Below the pieces are notes generated by a model. It was not told the origin of the DNA. It ran no database searches and saw only the letters and a program-made list of their open reading frames with translations. From Carcharhinus amblyrhynchos (Eukaryota), in assembly GCA_965287045.1 (NCBI GenBank), contig OZ336884.1, forward strand, positions 51,708,001-51,772,000: a stretch of DNA of 64,000 nt, read 5' to 3'. The stretch's first letter is position 1. Each line of letters opens with the position of its first letter. Made by a program: the position numbers and the translations under genes. This document shows, piece after piece, positions 36,061 to 47,752 of this stretch.

Positions 36061-38004
36061 TCTCATAGGGTGTTCCCTCACTCCCAAGAAAAATCACATT
36101 ATTTGAGATAAGATTTCAGTAGTTTTTTTTTTAAACAAATCTTTGAATAACATTCAGAAATCATCAAGGTGTTACCACTGCACCAAAAAGTCATGCAACC
36201 TAGCTGACTATGAAGGCATGACCAGACAAAATTAGATCCTACTTCCCTCATGGGAACAAGCCAAAAATTACCATAATCAAACCACAGCAGACAGTTTAAT
36301 TGTGAGATGTGATTGCATACCTGTCAACATGAACAAAGTTGGGTCTTATCTCCAATAATTTTGTTTTTACAACAACACAAATATAATGGTCAAAATAGCA
36401 AACATTTTAGTCAGATACTGGGAGGCTTTATGTATCCACTTTTATTAAAATTAAGACTTGCTTGGCTTAATTTATACTCAACAGTTACAATCATCAGCTG
36501 CATGTGTTGGCCCTTACCCATGTTTGTTTATATAACAGATAGAACTGAGTGTGGGATGGCAGATGTGCTGCACCTAAATTGATCTCAACATTAAAACCAT
36601 TCCTTGATTATATTGCTCTCTACCAGGAATATTTTAGCTTCTGAATGTGGAATCAATAATATTCATGCAGCATAACACTTACTCATTTCATAGATGCAGT
36701 CTTTCTGGCAAAAACAGAGGCAAGTACCAAACTAAATGGCTAGTTTACACTAGGCAGTTTCTCAGCATGTTTACAACTGCAGTGAAAGCGTGCACACATT
36801 AAGCTCATGCTGAATTCTTGGTCCCAATTCATTAGAATTGCAGCACAACAACAGGTTAAGTACCAAACATCGGCTAACAGTTGATATCAAATCATTTATT
36901 GTGAAACCATGAAGCTGTTTTCTCTAGCTCACAAAGCTAATCTTACACCTATTGAAAGTCGCTCGTAAACTTAAGTTTGAGTGCAGTATAATTGACTTTA
37001 CAGTCCAGTTAAAATGTACTCACTGTACTGATATTGTATTTGTTCCAATCCCAGGAATTCCAGCAAAGGTCTAGGTCCATCCTTCTTTATCTTCTATTAC
37101 TGTTTTCAGCCTATTCAGAGCTTACCCTAATATTTGTTCCTGTGCCTTTCTCTATAAAAAAAAACCTCGTTCTAGCTTGCCATTGATTTAGAAAAGATTC
37201 CCTTCAGCTTCATGCACACATACTCACAAAAACACAGGTTGTAACAGTGCTAGTATACAAAGCTTGCTTTCATTCAGCAATCCACCCAAGGTCTTTCTGC
37301 CTATTTCCACGGCAATCCATTTCCCTCCAGGATAAAGTAGAACAGCTACTGCTGCCATTAGTTCCGCTCACATCCCACTGCTTCCAATTAGCACCAATTT
37401 CCCCTTACAATACAGGCAGCCAGAAGGGCACGGCAGAAACAAAAAGGCAGCAGTCTTAAAAGCTGGGAGCAAACACAAGAAAGGTTTTCTTCCTTCCACC
37501 TGCTGAGTTATTAAAGCGGCTGCAGCAAATACAGTGTCACTCTCCTGGGCTTTGCTTTTCCTGATATGGGGTTAAACAGTATTTTTATGTAGAGTGTTAA
37601 TTAGCCTTATATACATTTCTGCCAGTTTCTGCAGTTCTTGCCAGATCCTCTGGTCTCATGCTCCTCAAGGGAAGCTGTGTGTAAAAATAAAAAATCATAC
37701 CCTCTGCAATATCCTATTTTACTTTGTTCTTTTATACAGGAAGACGCTGATAAATCTTTTACTTATTATGGCTTTTGAACATGTTTTTCCTGTATCAAGC
37801 TGCTGCATCACCCTCATCACCCCCACCATCACCCACCCCCCGACCTTCTCCCACACCACCACTGCCTTCAATGAGCTCGTGGCCATACTGCTGTGTAATC
37901 ACTAAGAGGTGCACTTAAACAACTTGGGGTGATTGCCCAGACCATTCTTAATCACGCCATTGTGGAGAAATGCCTCCATTAGTTTATGCAAAAATCACCT
38001 CCCA

Positions 38005-38360
38005 CAGTTCAGACTGGCACATTCCAAAGTCCAAGATTATGTGCTGAGGGATGCACCAAAGCTTGAAGCAGCTGTCACAGAGGTTCTGTGGGAAAGGCCA
38101 TTGTTGAAGGCCCTCCTGCCACAACATACAGAAGGGTTAGAAACCATGTAAAATCCTTGGGCTGTGTGTGCCAAAGGATGTTTGACATGAAATGTAAATG
38201 TACACTGAAATTATACATTTGCACAAATGTAATGATGAGTGTGGTGAGGCATCTCATTTACAGTTTTGAAAGAAACTGATCTGTGCTGCATTTTCAGTAA
38301 TGTCAAATTTGAAGTGCAATTGTGCTTAATATTACAAACTTTATTATAAAGGGGAAAAAT
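38005..38360 (+). mobile_element. Tx1/L1-clade ORF2 C-terminus and 3'UTR
   Basis: FRLAHSKVQDYVLRDAPKLEAAV..LW, followed by an AT-rich UTR. Confidence 0.6.
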
Positions 38361-39054
38361 CACCTAGGACAGTGCAGATGAGGTCAGCAACTTAATATGT
38401 GGGAAGCTGTAAGCCTCTACCCAAAGCCTACTGATGCAGTTCTGTTAGTGCATGAGTGTGTAAGTGCAGTGTGTCTAATTGTTGTGTACAGGCATAAAGT
38501 AGGTCAAAATGGCAAAGAATGGGTGCCAATGTCACTGGAATGGGATAGTAACAACAGCACTCACAGTCTGTGGTTGATTTTTGAAAGACAATGTATTCTG
38601 CTCTCAGAGTTACAAAGCCAATGTGCAGAGTGGACAGAGCAAACTTTCATCCATCACCTTGCTTTCTCCAAAAACCAGTTCAATTCAGATTGAATCCAAT
38701 TCACGGTCTCTACAAAAGAAACAAGGTGGAGCCAAGCTGACAGGAAGAGGCATACCAGATCTTGGGCTTACTCTGCAATTGATCTCATATGCGTAATTTT
38801 CTCACCATGGATTTAAGCAGATGAAGGATGTATTGGGAATGAAACAATTAAAGGAAAGCGTGACGACAGTAATACAGGAACACCTTAAAAAGACTGCAGA
38901 GGAAATATAGAAAGTAAGAGCGGGAGTAGGCCACTCTGCCCTTTGAGCCTGCCCTGTCATTCATTATGTGGCGATGCTGGCGTTGGACTGGGGTAAACGC
39001 AGTAAGAAGTCTCACAACACCAGGTTAAAGTCCAACAAGTTTATTTGATAGTAA

Positions 39055-39096
39055 ACCCACAAGCTTTCGGAAATGGTGTTCCTTCATCAGGTGAGT
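39055..39096 (-). ncRNA. Minimal type I hammerhead ribozyme in Penelope pLTR (DMD-sense)
   Basis: ACTCAC-CTGATGA-A-GGAA(caccat)TTCC-GAAA-GC-TT-GTGGGT. Confidence 0.7.
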
Positions 39097-39192
39097 GGAA
39101 AGTTCTGATCAGAGAAGGGCATATAAAGGAACACACAGTTTACAGAATACTGATTAGAATGCGAGTGTTTACTTCTTTGACCAGGACCTTCC

Positions 39193-39233
39193 ACTCACCT
39201 GACGAAGGAACTGTGTTCCGAAAGCTTGTGGGT
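39193..39233 (+). ncRNA. Minimal type I hammerhead ribozyme in Penelope pLTR
   Basis: ACTCAC-CTGACGA-A-GGAAC(tgt)GTTCC-GAAA-GC-TT-GTGGGT. Confidence 0.75.
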
Positions 39234-40405
39234 TTACTATCAAGTAAACTTGCTGGACTTTAACCTGTTGTTGTGAGATTTCTTACTGCCGTTCATTATC
39301 ATGGCTGATCATCAAATTCAATATCCTGATCCTCTCCCCACTTCTTGAAATTAGACAATGCTTAGGCCTCAACTACATTGTTAGTGAATTCCACCCATTC
39401 ACCTTCTCTGGGTGAAGAAATTTCTCCTCACTTCAGTTCTAGAAGGTTTACCCTTTATAGGAGATTATTTTACAAATGGAAAGGCACCTCTCTTGACAAG
39501 TATTTTCATAGGGTGGCATAGTCTCTTTAACAGCAATTCAGTCAGCTCTCCATAATTATTTTCAGTTCATACAGCAATTAATAGGAAGGCATTTCTCGCA
39601 ACTTGAATGTTTCGACCGAAGGGATCTGTATTCACACTGAAACAAAAGAGGAATCTATTCAGTATCGACAGCTGTTCAAACCAATCCAAAGAGATTGGGA
39701 ACATTTTGTTTTCACACATGAAGAGGAAGTAGCAAGTTTCACACTTTTATTCACATTCCATGGATTCACCAAAACAGCTGCAACCCACAGATAGCAGAAA
39801 TAGCGAAAGCATTTGATTCAAACTCCCAGGAGCAAATGTGGGAGTTTCACATAGAAGGAAGTGAATACGCACGTTCATTAGGGCATTCTCACCTCCTATA
39901 GAAAGGAAAGACAAACATTCAATAAAACCGGAACGCTCATAAGCATTGCAGAACTTGTATACAATATATTGCACGATGAGTGCCACACACCCTTCTGTCA
40001 CTTCTCCAGCCTCAAAATAAAAGATAAATTCAGTCATATACTTTTATATGAATATAAATTTCTGTCCAAGATCATCACCAAACAGGTCTAGTCTGTTTTG
40101 GAAATGGTGACCCAGCTGGATCATGATATACCCAGCAGGAAGATCTCTGACACTCCAGTGCTACTTAGGAGATAATGATTGCTGATATACAGGACAGGAT
40201 GGTGGACACCCATCTAATCAGCTTGGCCTGGGAGAAGGCCTTTGATAGAATATCACACACATATACATGATGGATGCGCTCTCCAAAATAGGTTTTTAAG
40301 GAGAGAATCTACAATTGGATCGAACTGCTCTGGCTAATCATCATACAGCTGTAATCAGGAAACAGAGAACATTCTGCTTAAAGCTGGAGTCACGTTTAAA
40401 GTTCT

Positions 40406-40715
40406 TTTTTAAAGTTTATTTATTAGTGTCACAAGTGAGCTTACATTGAAGCTGAAATTAAGTTACTGTGAAAATCCCCTAGTCACCACACTCCGGCGCT
40501 TATTCGGGTACACTGAGGGAGAATTTAACATGGTCAATCCACCTGGCCAGCATATCTTTTGGAGTGTGGGAGAAAACCTGAGCACCCGGAGGTAATCCAC
40601 GTAAACACGGGGAGGACGTGCAAACTCCACATAGACGTTGACTCAAGTTGGGAATTGAACCTGGGTCCCTGGTGCTGTGAGGTAGCAGCGCTAACCAGTG
40701 TGCCACCATGCTGCC
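40406..40715 (-). mobile_element. HE1-type V-SINE, tail type 2
   Basis: Same head, V domain and tail as 13565-13840. Confidence 0.85.
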
Positions 40716-41168
40716 TTTTTTGATAAGGTTGTCCTCGCTGTGTCCTGTTTCTGCATTGTAGAGAATCCCTTTCTGAGTCCATCGGGAAGGAGATAAGAGC
40801 ACTGACAATCCTAGACAGCAGAGGCACTGAGGTCAAAGCCTCTATGCACACAGAAGATGTCACTGTCCCCTGCTCAGATCCACTATTGGTCTGCAAGATT
40901 AACGAACACCCATTACCTCAAAGGCCAGAGTACATCACAGTAAAAAGGAAATCATGTTTTTTTGGGGAACTGGATGAACCAATTCTTTGTTCCTTCACCA
41001 TCAGATCAGACTGCCTGGAAATATAATTTGGGTGGAATGAGGCATGCACCAAGAAACAAGGAGGAATTAACAGTCCCAGTTAAACAGAAATTGGGAATGT
41101 GGGAGCAATGTACCCTCTGCATTGCACGTAAGAAGCTGGTTATCAAGTGCAAGGTGTTGGCATATATT

Positions 41169-41474
41169 GAATCATAGAATCTGTACAGTGCAGGAAGTGG
41201 CTATTCGGCCCATCAAGCCAGGACCGACAACAATCCCGCCCAGGCCCTATCTCAGTAACCCCATTTATTTACCTTGCTAATCTCCCTGCACTAATGGCCA
41301 ATTAACCTAACCCACACATGGTGTGTGGGAAGAAACCAGAGTACTTGGAGGAAACCCACACAAACACAGGAAGAATGTGCAAACTCCACACAGATAGTCA
41401 CCCGAGGCCGGAATTGAACCCAAGCCCTTGGCGCTGTGAGGCAGCAGTGCTAATCACTGTGCCACCATGCCGCT
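41169..41474 (-). mobile_element. HE1 V-SINE, tail type 1
   Basis: Head gcggcatggtggcacagtgattagcactgctgcc; tail ..ctgcactgtacagattctatgattc. Confidence 0.85.
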
Positions 41475-41889
41475 CCTACATGGTCGCCCCTATCCTGCTC
41501 CTGTGCGATGACAGTTACTCAACAACATCCAACTTATCAGGAGATTGAAAACGGACTGTATGCACAGAGACATGATTAAAAACTACCAGATAAAGTGGGA
41601 GAAAGATAAGCAATGTGCCCTCATTCTGATGGCTACACCAAGCTACATGTCAACCCTCAGTATGCAAACACCAAGGCCAAGATTTTTCTGACCCCATGGG
41701 CATGGGTTTGGAGGTGGTGGGGTGGGGGGTGGCAGGAAGGCAGGTAAATAGGGGGAGGCATATTGGAATAGCTCTTTGATATATTCCCATCAACGAGAAA
41801 GTTACCCTGGGGTAGGCAAGATGTGGATTGGCTGTCTGCTCCAAGGAGGCAGATGGCTGATTTAAATTCTTAAGGCTCTGATTAGGTGT

Positions 41890-42142
41890 GGTATTTCAAG
41901 AGGTGATGTGACAGTGATTGCCTTTGGCAGCAAGGTAGTATTTGACCAAATGTGGCATGAAGAGACACTTTGCAAAACTCATTAATGGGTATCAGGGGAA
42001 AGCTCCATCCCATAAAGGAATCATTGGAGGCTGATCATCTCAGTGCCAGGACATGCAGATGTTTCTCAGGATAGTTTCCTAGGTCCAACCAACTTCAGCT
42101 GCTTCAAAAGCCTTCCCTCCATCATAAGGTCAGAAGTGGAGA
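41890..42142 (+). mobile_element. CR1/L2-group LINE RT fragment
   Basis: KVVFDQMWH and SQDSFLGPTNFSCF..LPSIIRSEV remnants. Confidence 0.6.
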
Positions 42143-42302
42143 TAAAAACAAAATACTGTAGATGCTGGAATCTGATGCAAAAACAGAAAATGCTGGAAAA
42201 TCTCAGCAGGCCTGACGGCATCTATGGAGAGAGAACAGAGTTACTGTTTTGAGTCTGCATGACCCTCCAGATCCATGGGCTCTGACAAAGGGTCACCCAG
42301 AC
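42143..42302 (-). mobile_element. Second Penelope family, pLTR fragment
   Basis: Reverse complement matches 47630-47750 (ctctctcca.agatgc..cctgctgag..ttccagcat). Confidence 0.65.
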
Positions 42303-43559
42303 CCTTCTGAGGCATTTCCACCATTGGGTAACTTTTTCACGTGGAGCCTTGTAGCCCTCCGCTGTCCACTGATTAGAGGTGGGCAGCCAATTTACATTGT
42401 TAAAGCCACAATTTGGGTTGAATTTGAAAACCTCATCAGCAATTTGCTGCTGGGGGAGCAGCCCCCTGCCATGCACCTGCCGCAGCCCCCTGCCGCTTCC
42501 CCGGGTCCACTGATTTTGCCCTTCAGAGTTTTTTTATTTAGGCCTCTGAGGGCGTTTCCAATTTGAGATGCCCTCACAGTCCTCAATCTGCCTCAGCAGT
42601 GCTCTGATCTCCCAGTGGGGTGTCAAGAATTTAGAGTGGCCAGCCCTCCAACTGGATTGACAGTATCGACAGTCCATTTGATGATCTTAATAGGACGGAG
42701 AGTGAGGAGGGGGCTAAATAGGAGGCTGTTTTAGACTGTGAGCTCACTGCCGGCAAATTGATGCTCAGGACTCTCATCTGGTCCTGGCATCAGAGTCCTG
42801 AACACTGTGGCAAAACCCTACCGAACAGCCTAAATGTAAACATTAGACTCTTTTTTAAATAAATTGTGAGCATGCCTTCATAGATTAAACCCTGTTCTAA
42901 AATGGTCCTTAGGAAAGCGTTTGATGATGAAGCCAGCAACTAGCCTAATGATGAGTGAAATGCTTCAGCCGTCAAAATGTACAGTTAGTCTTTATCAGAT
43001 AATCTGTACCAAGAATGGAATTGTGCAGGTTTATACAGCTGAAAGATTCTGATTTTGAATTCTTGGAATGGAAAGGTTTGACAGAACATGGGGGTCAATG
43101 GCAGCAGCACAGGAGCAGCTGATGGTGTGCTGGCTGCTCATTTTACATTGTGGTCATTTTTCTCTTGGTTTCCTGCAGTGAGGGGCCGGGTAATTTTAAC
43201 TGCTGGGAGTCGTTCAAACGAGTCAAATGGATTTCCCGCCTGAAGCAAGCAGGGATGATGTGGAAGCTGGCAGGAGCGGCATTCCAGAACTCAGGAATCC
43301 ATGTCGGCTGTTCCTGCTAGTTAAATAAGTTGATCCGGAGATGCCTGAAGGGATCGCAGTCAGAGAAAGGGGAGATGCCAAGTTTTCTCATGAAGGAACA
43401 TGTGAACATCTCTCTTTAGCTGTCAGAGCCAGTGAATGAGCCAGAAATCTCTCTCTGATAATGATAACATTTGTAAGGGGACAAGAGGGTCACAATACTG
43501 CCAGAAATTTGAAGTGTGAAAAAAACCAGAAAACATTGGAGGGAGAAACTGTTTTTTTT

Positions 43560-43858
43560 CTGGTCAATAACTAGAGGCCATAGCTGGCAGACAAGAGAAC
43601 TAGAGGGACATAAAGAGCAATTATTTCACACAGAGGGCTGTTATGATCTAGAATGTATGACCTAAAAAAGTGATGGAATCGGATTCCATTGGAACTTTCA
43701 AAAAGCAATTGGATATGCTTCATTAGCACTAATTAGAAGAGTCACGTGGAAAAAAAAAACTGGGGTACGAGTTAAATTGCACAACACAGTGAAAAAGCCA
43801 GTTCAGGCACAACAGGTTAAATGGTCTCCATCTATGCTGTAAGATTCTATGATTCTTA
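43560..43858 (+). mobile_element. Old CR1 3' end
   Basis: actagaggccat..ttcacacagaggg..(attctatg)n tail. Confidence 0.6.
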
Positions 43859-44740
43859 TGTCCACAAACGCTGCCTGAATTGCTTGAGTGTTTCCAGCAT
43901 TTTTGATCACAACAGTCCAAAAGGTTCCTTCAGTCTCTTCCCCAAACAGCCACATCCCCGATTTCCAAATTTTCCTGAAAAGCAGGCTAGTCACAGACAT
44001 GGAAACTGAGTACACTCCAGTATCAGAATGCACAGAGCTTCTAATCAGTGAGCGCATTGCTGTAATTGAATCATTGCTATGGCATGAGGCTGCCTTTGAA
44101 CACTGTAACGTTATTAGAAATGTCATCGTATTTCCATTCCTGAAAGACGCTACGCTTCGGCAGCAATTTGAAAAATAACTTGCAGAGCAGAGTGCTCCAT
44201 GCTCCATTCATTCACAACAGATCTCATTTGTGTGAGGTTTGCAGTTCATAGTGAAGCACTGTTTATCTTAGGCCACAGCTTTTACACACGCTGTGATACT
44301 GAAACTCTCATCGACAGCCACAATGATATGTTGATAGGGTTAGAAGAAGGAGGCTCATGAGGAGCATAAACACTGGTAGAGACTGGTTGGGTCAATTGGT
44401 CTGCTTCTCTGCTGCACATTCTCCATAATGCTATGCAGCTCAGTAAATAAGGACTGAGATTGTGTTCATCTTTAACACCTTTCTACAACATCTGTCTTAC
44501 TCCTGAATGTTGACCAGCAGGTACGGCCATTGCTGTTTTGTTGCAGTCACTGGAAACCACCAGACATGAAAAGGGTTAAAGGATTATCAATTAACGTCAC
44601 TCAAATTGACTTTAAGCTGAGACTCAAACAACACATCAACATTTCTGATTTTTGTAATAAAGGAATCGAAAATGCATTTGTTAGACCTTTTTATGCTCTT
44701 TATGGTAAAAACTAAATTAAAGTTTGTCAGTGGCACCAAT

Positions 44741-45076
44741 GAATCATAGAACCCTACAGTGCAGAAAGAGGCCCTTCGGCCCATCGAGTCTGCACTGACC
44801 ACAATCCCACCTAGGCCCTATTCCCTTTTCCCTACATATTATCACCCACTAATCCCTCTAACTTAAGGACCTTAGGACACTAAGGGGCAATTTTAGCATG
44901 GCCAATCAACCTAACCCGCACATCTTTGGACTGTGGGAGGAAACCGGAGTACCCGGAGGAAACCCACACAGACACAAGGAGAACATGCAAACTCCACACA
45001 GACAGTGACCCGATCCAGGAATCGAACCCAGGTCCCTGGAGCTGTGAAGCAGCAGTGCTAACCACTGTGCTACCGT
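44741..45076 (-). mobile_element. HE1 V-SINE, tail type 1, well preserved
   Basis: acggtagcacagtggttagcactgct..ggttcgattcc (A and B boxes), V domain, tail gggccgaagggcctctttctgcactgtagggttctatgattc. Confidence 0.9.
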
Positions 45077-45710
45077 ATTTTCTTGGAACTTTCCTATTAT
45101 GAATACTGCAGATTCTCTGATCAGCTATGCTGCAGTTCAGAAAGCTTTGCCTTCGCCGGTTAAGTCATTAGGCACACCCTAACCATCACAACCAGATAAA
45201 CAAAGTTAGAGGATGTTATGGCCTGGCACTGACAAAGAATTCTGAAACATTTGCAATTGCATGTTGAAGGGAAGTGAACACGGAAGACACAATGGGGGTG
45301 TTTTACAATCCCCATTTCAGGGGGCGGGATCGGGGGCAGGCAATTGGATGGAGTCCCAAAATGCATTTTACACTGCCAGGATTACCACTTGCAATTATCC
45401 CCACCCCTTGCTTCAGTGTTGGGATCCCTATTTGAATATATTTAAATATAATAAGATTTTTATGTCCGTTGGTCTTACGCCTATTTAATTGTCTATTTGC
45501 ATCAGTGTGCCCTGAATCATAACAGGTGTCCCATGATGTGCACTTGGCAAGCAGAACCCACTGGAGACATACAGGTGAGTACAGACCTCAGAGGGGAAGC
45601 CTGAGTTATGTTGGGAGGGCAATGCCTGGTGAGTGTTCTTTAGAAGAGAAAGTTGGGTGGGGGAACACTACTCTTTGGTGATGGGAGAGGCATTCCTTGG
45701 TTACGAGGTT

Positions 45711-45757
45711 GGGGGCGGGGGGGGGGGGGGGGGGGGGGCGGGGGGCGGGCGGGGGAG
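45711..45757 (+). repeat. Poly-G tract within a GC-rich MITE-like segment (about 45295-45800)
   Basis: Run of more than 20 G seen directly. Confidence 0.8.
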
Positions 45758-46967
45758 GTGTCCTTGGGCCAGTGGCTTCCACTTCACTTTTCCGCCAGCT
45801 GCAGAACTCTACAAAAAAAAACGACTTTCAGCCCAATGTGTGCTTTGATCGAGCAACAGTACCAAAACTAAAGGCAAACAGAGTGACTTTAGGCACTGTG
45901 CACATCTAACTTTTCATTAACTGGGCACAAATTTCTGCTTAGTGGAAGGAAATAAAAATGATTTAGGGAACTGACATGCATAGTACAATGGCTTTGACAG
46001 GAACTGATCTGAGCAGCTGAAGATGATATTTGATCGGCTAATAAAATTTCATATGGTCAGGCACCTCCTCAACAAGAATGGAAATTTGACAAAGGGAGGC
46101 AAAACACTGAATTAAATGATCTGTGTCAATCCAATGTGTATAATATGATGCTTTTAAAATAAGAAAAACACCGAAGCTACTGATATTTTATTCATGTGCT
46201 GATTGTACAGTACGTAAGGGCTACATACCTTTGGGAGAAGCTTATTCTTAAACAAAATTATTTTCTGGTGAAACTTTCTACTGCCACTAATTTGTCATTT
46301 GGTCTCATGTCCACATTTCAACAATGCCACTAACAAGTTCATCTCTCTCTACTTAAACCTTAAGGCATCACTCTCTTCCTATTTCCATTCTAAATAAAGA
46401 GAGCGATGATGAGGGCTGGGTGCAGCAGATAAAACTGCATTATATTTGCATTTTGAAACAACATTATGCACCAATATGGCCAATGAAGTTCCAATGCAAT
46501 GCAATTCGTACATATAGAGTCCATGGACATAAGGGAGGTTTGATTTATTTCTACAATGAACAGCACCATTCAGGTTTGCATTACCATCAAATTAACCAAT
46601 TTAAAGGGTGAAAGGAAGTGGCCAAAGGGTAATTTGTTTAGGAAAAAGGTTAAGCATAGGAACAGGTTACCGAATAAACCAAAAAAAGGAGATGCATTTT
46701 GTGTGCCATGGCCTCAATAGGGAGCAACTTGTTCAGTTTTTATTTTAAGAATTCAAAACCCAGCTATTTATTAAAAGAATGAAGCCACAAGGTTCATTCT
46801 AAAGAAAAGAATTTCACAACACCAAGATCAAAGAACAGGAATACTCATAACCATTGTCTACTATAATTGTCAGTTACTTTAAAGATATTGAAGTACAATG
46901 AATACAGATACTTATGCTTTATTTCAAATTTCTTACTCAATGTCTTCGTCTTTACTGTCTAAATTCC

Positions 46968-47751
46968 TTTCAGGTCAAACAGCATTTCATTTGCACCTCC
47001 TTCAATTTGATAAGCTGTATTCACTATTAACAATGCGGTCTTCTCCACATTAGGGAGACTAAACGCAGACTGGGTGACCTCTTAGCAAAACACCTCCACC
47101 CTGTCTGCAAGCATAACCCCACCCTTCTGGGCACATGCCATTTTAACTCAGCACCTTGTTCTCATGCCCATATGTCCGTCCTTGGCCTGCTGCTTTGCTC
47201 CCATGATGCACAACACAAACCATAACACCATCAACTCATCTTCTGATTAGGCACGTTGCAGCTTTCTGGGGCCAACACAGTGTTCAACAACTTTAGACTG
47301 TGAACTTCCCCCTCCAATTTAACCCCCTTTCCTTGGTTTGTTCCAGTACAACCTCACCTCCCCCACATAGCCATCCATCCCTTGTTTTTCAGTTTTGCTT
47401 TCATTGAGCACTGACCCTTGTTCTCCCATTAACACATTCTATCTTGATGCCACTGTTAGCATTCTTCAGTCCTTAATGCCACATTAACATTCTATTTGTG
47501 TTGTGTCAGTGACATCTTTGTCTATCTCTCCTTAGCTCTGATCTATCCCTGATCTTCTGTTCTGCCCCGCCCCCTCCACTCACTATATAAATCATTACTT
47601 TTCTATCCCTCTTCATTTCTGTAGAAGAATCATATGAACTCAAAACATTAACTTCGTTCCTCTCTCCACAGATGCTGCCAAACCTGCTGAGTTAATCCAA
47701 CGTTTTCTGTTCTTGTTCCAGATTCCAGCATCCACAGTACTTTGCTTTTAA
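46968..47751 (+). mobile_element. Penelope-like element, second family: GIY-YIG 3' region plus pLTR
   Basis: FQVKQHFICTSFNLISCIHYxQCGLLHIRETKRRLGDLLAKHL..CHFNS is a decayed GIY-YIG domain (YCI..C..C...YIGET.R.L..R..EH). Confidence 0.8.
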
Positions 47752-47752
47752 A

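Larger units (their letters stand above)
38968..39291. mobile_element. Penelope-like inverted pLTR insertion
   Basis: Arms about 38999-39110 and 39180-39289; TTCATTAT duplicated at 38960-38967 and 39292-39299. Confidence 0.85.
38905..39460 (-). mobile_element. Old CR1 3' end interrupted by Penelope
   Basis: CR1 3'UTR ggagtaggcc..gagcctgccc|..catggctgatc..gtgaagaaatttctcctca. Confidence 0.7.
40055..41680 (+). mobile_element. Decayed Tx1/L1-clade RT region interrupted by two HE1 SINEs
   Basis: Remnants LSKII, LISLAWEKAFDRISHT, AGV|GCP, VKASMHTEDV..CSDPL, VKQKLGMWEQCTLCIARKKLVIKCKVL, NPQYANTK. Confidence 0.75.

Noticed and set aside
44990-45076. tRNA gene (A and B boxes)
   Set aside because: tRNA-derived head of an HE1 SINE, continuous with the V domain and LINE tail; the same applies to the other copies.
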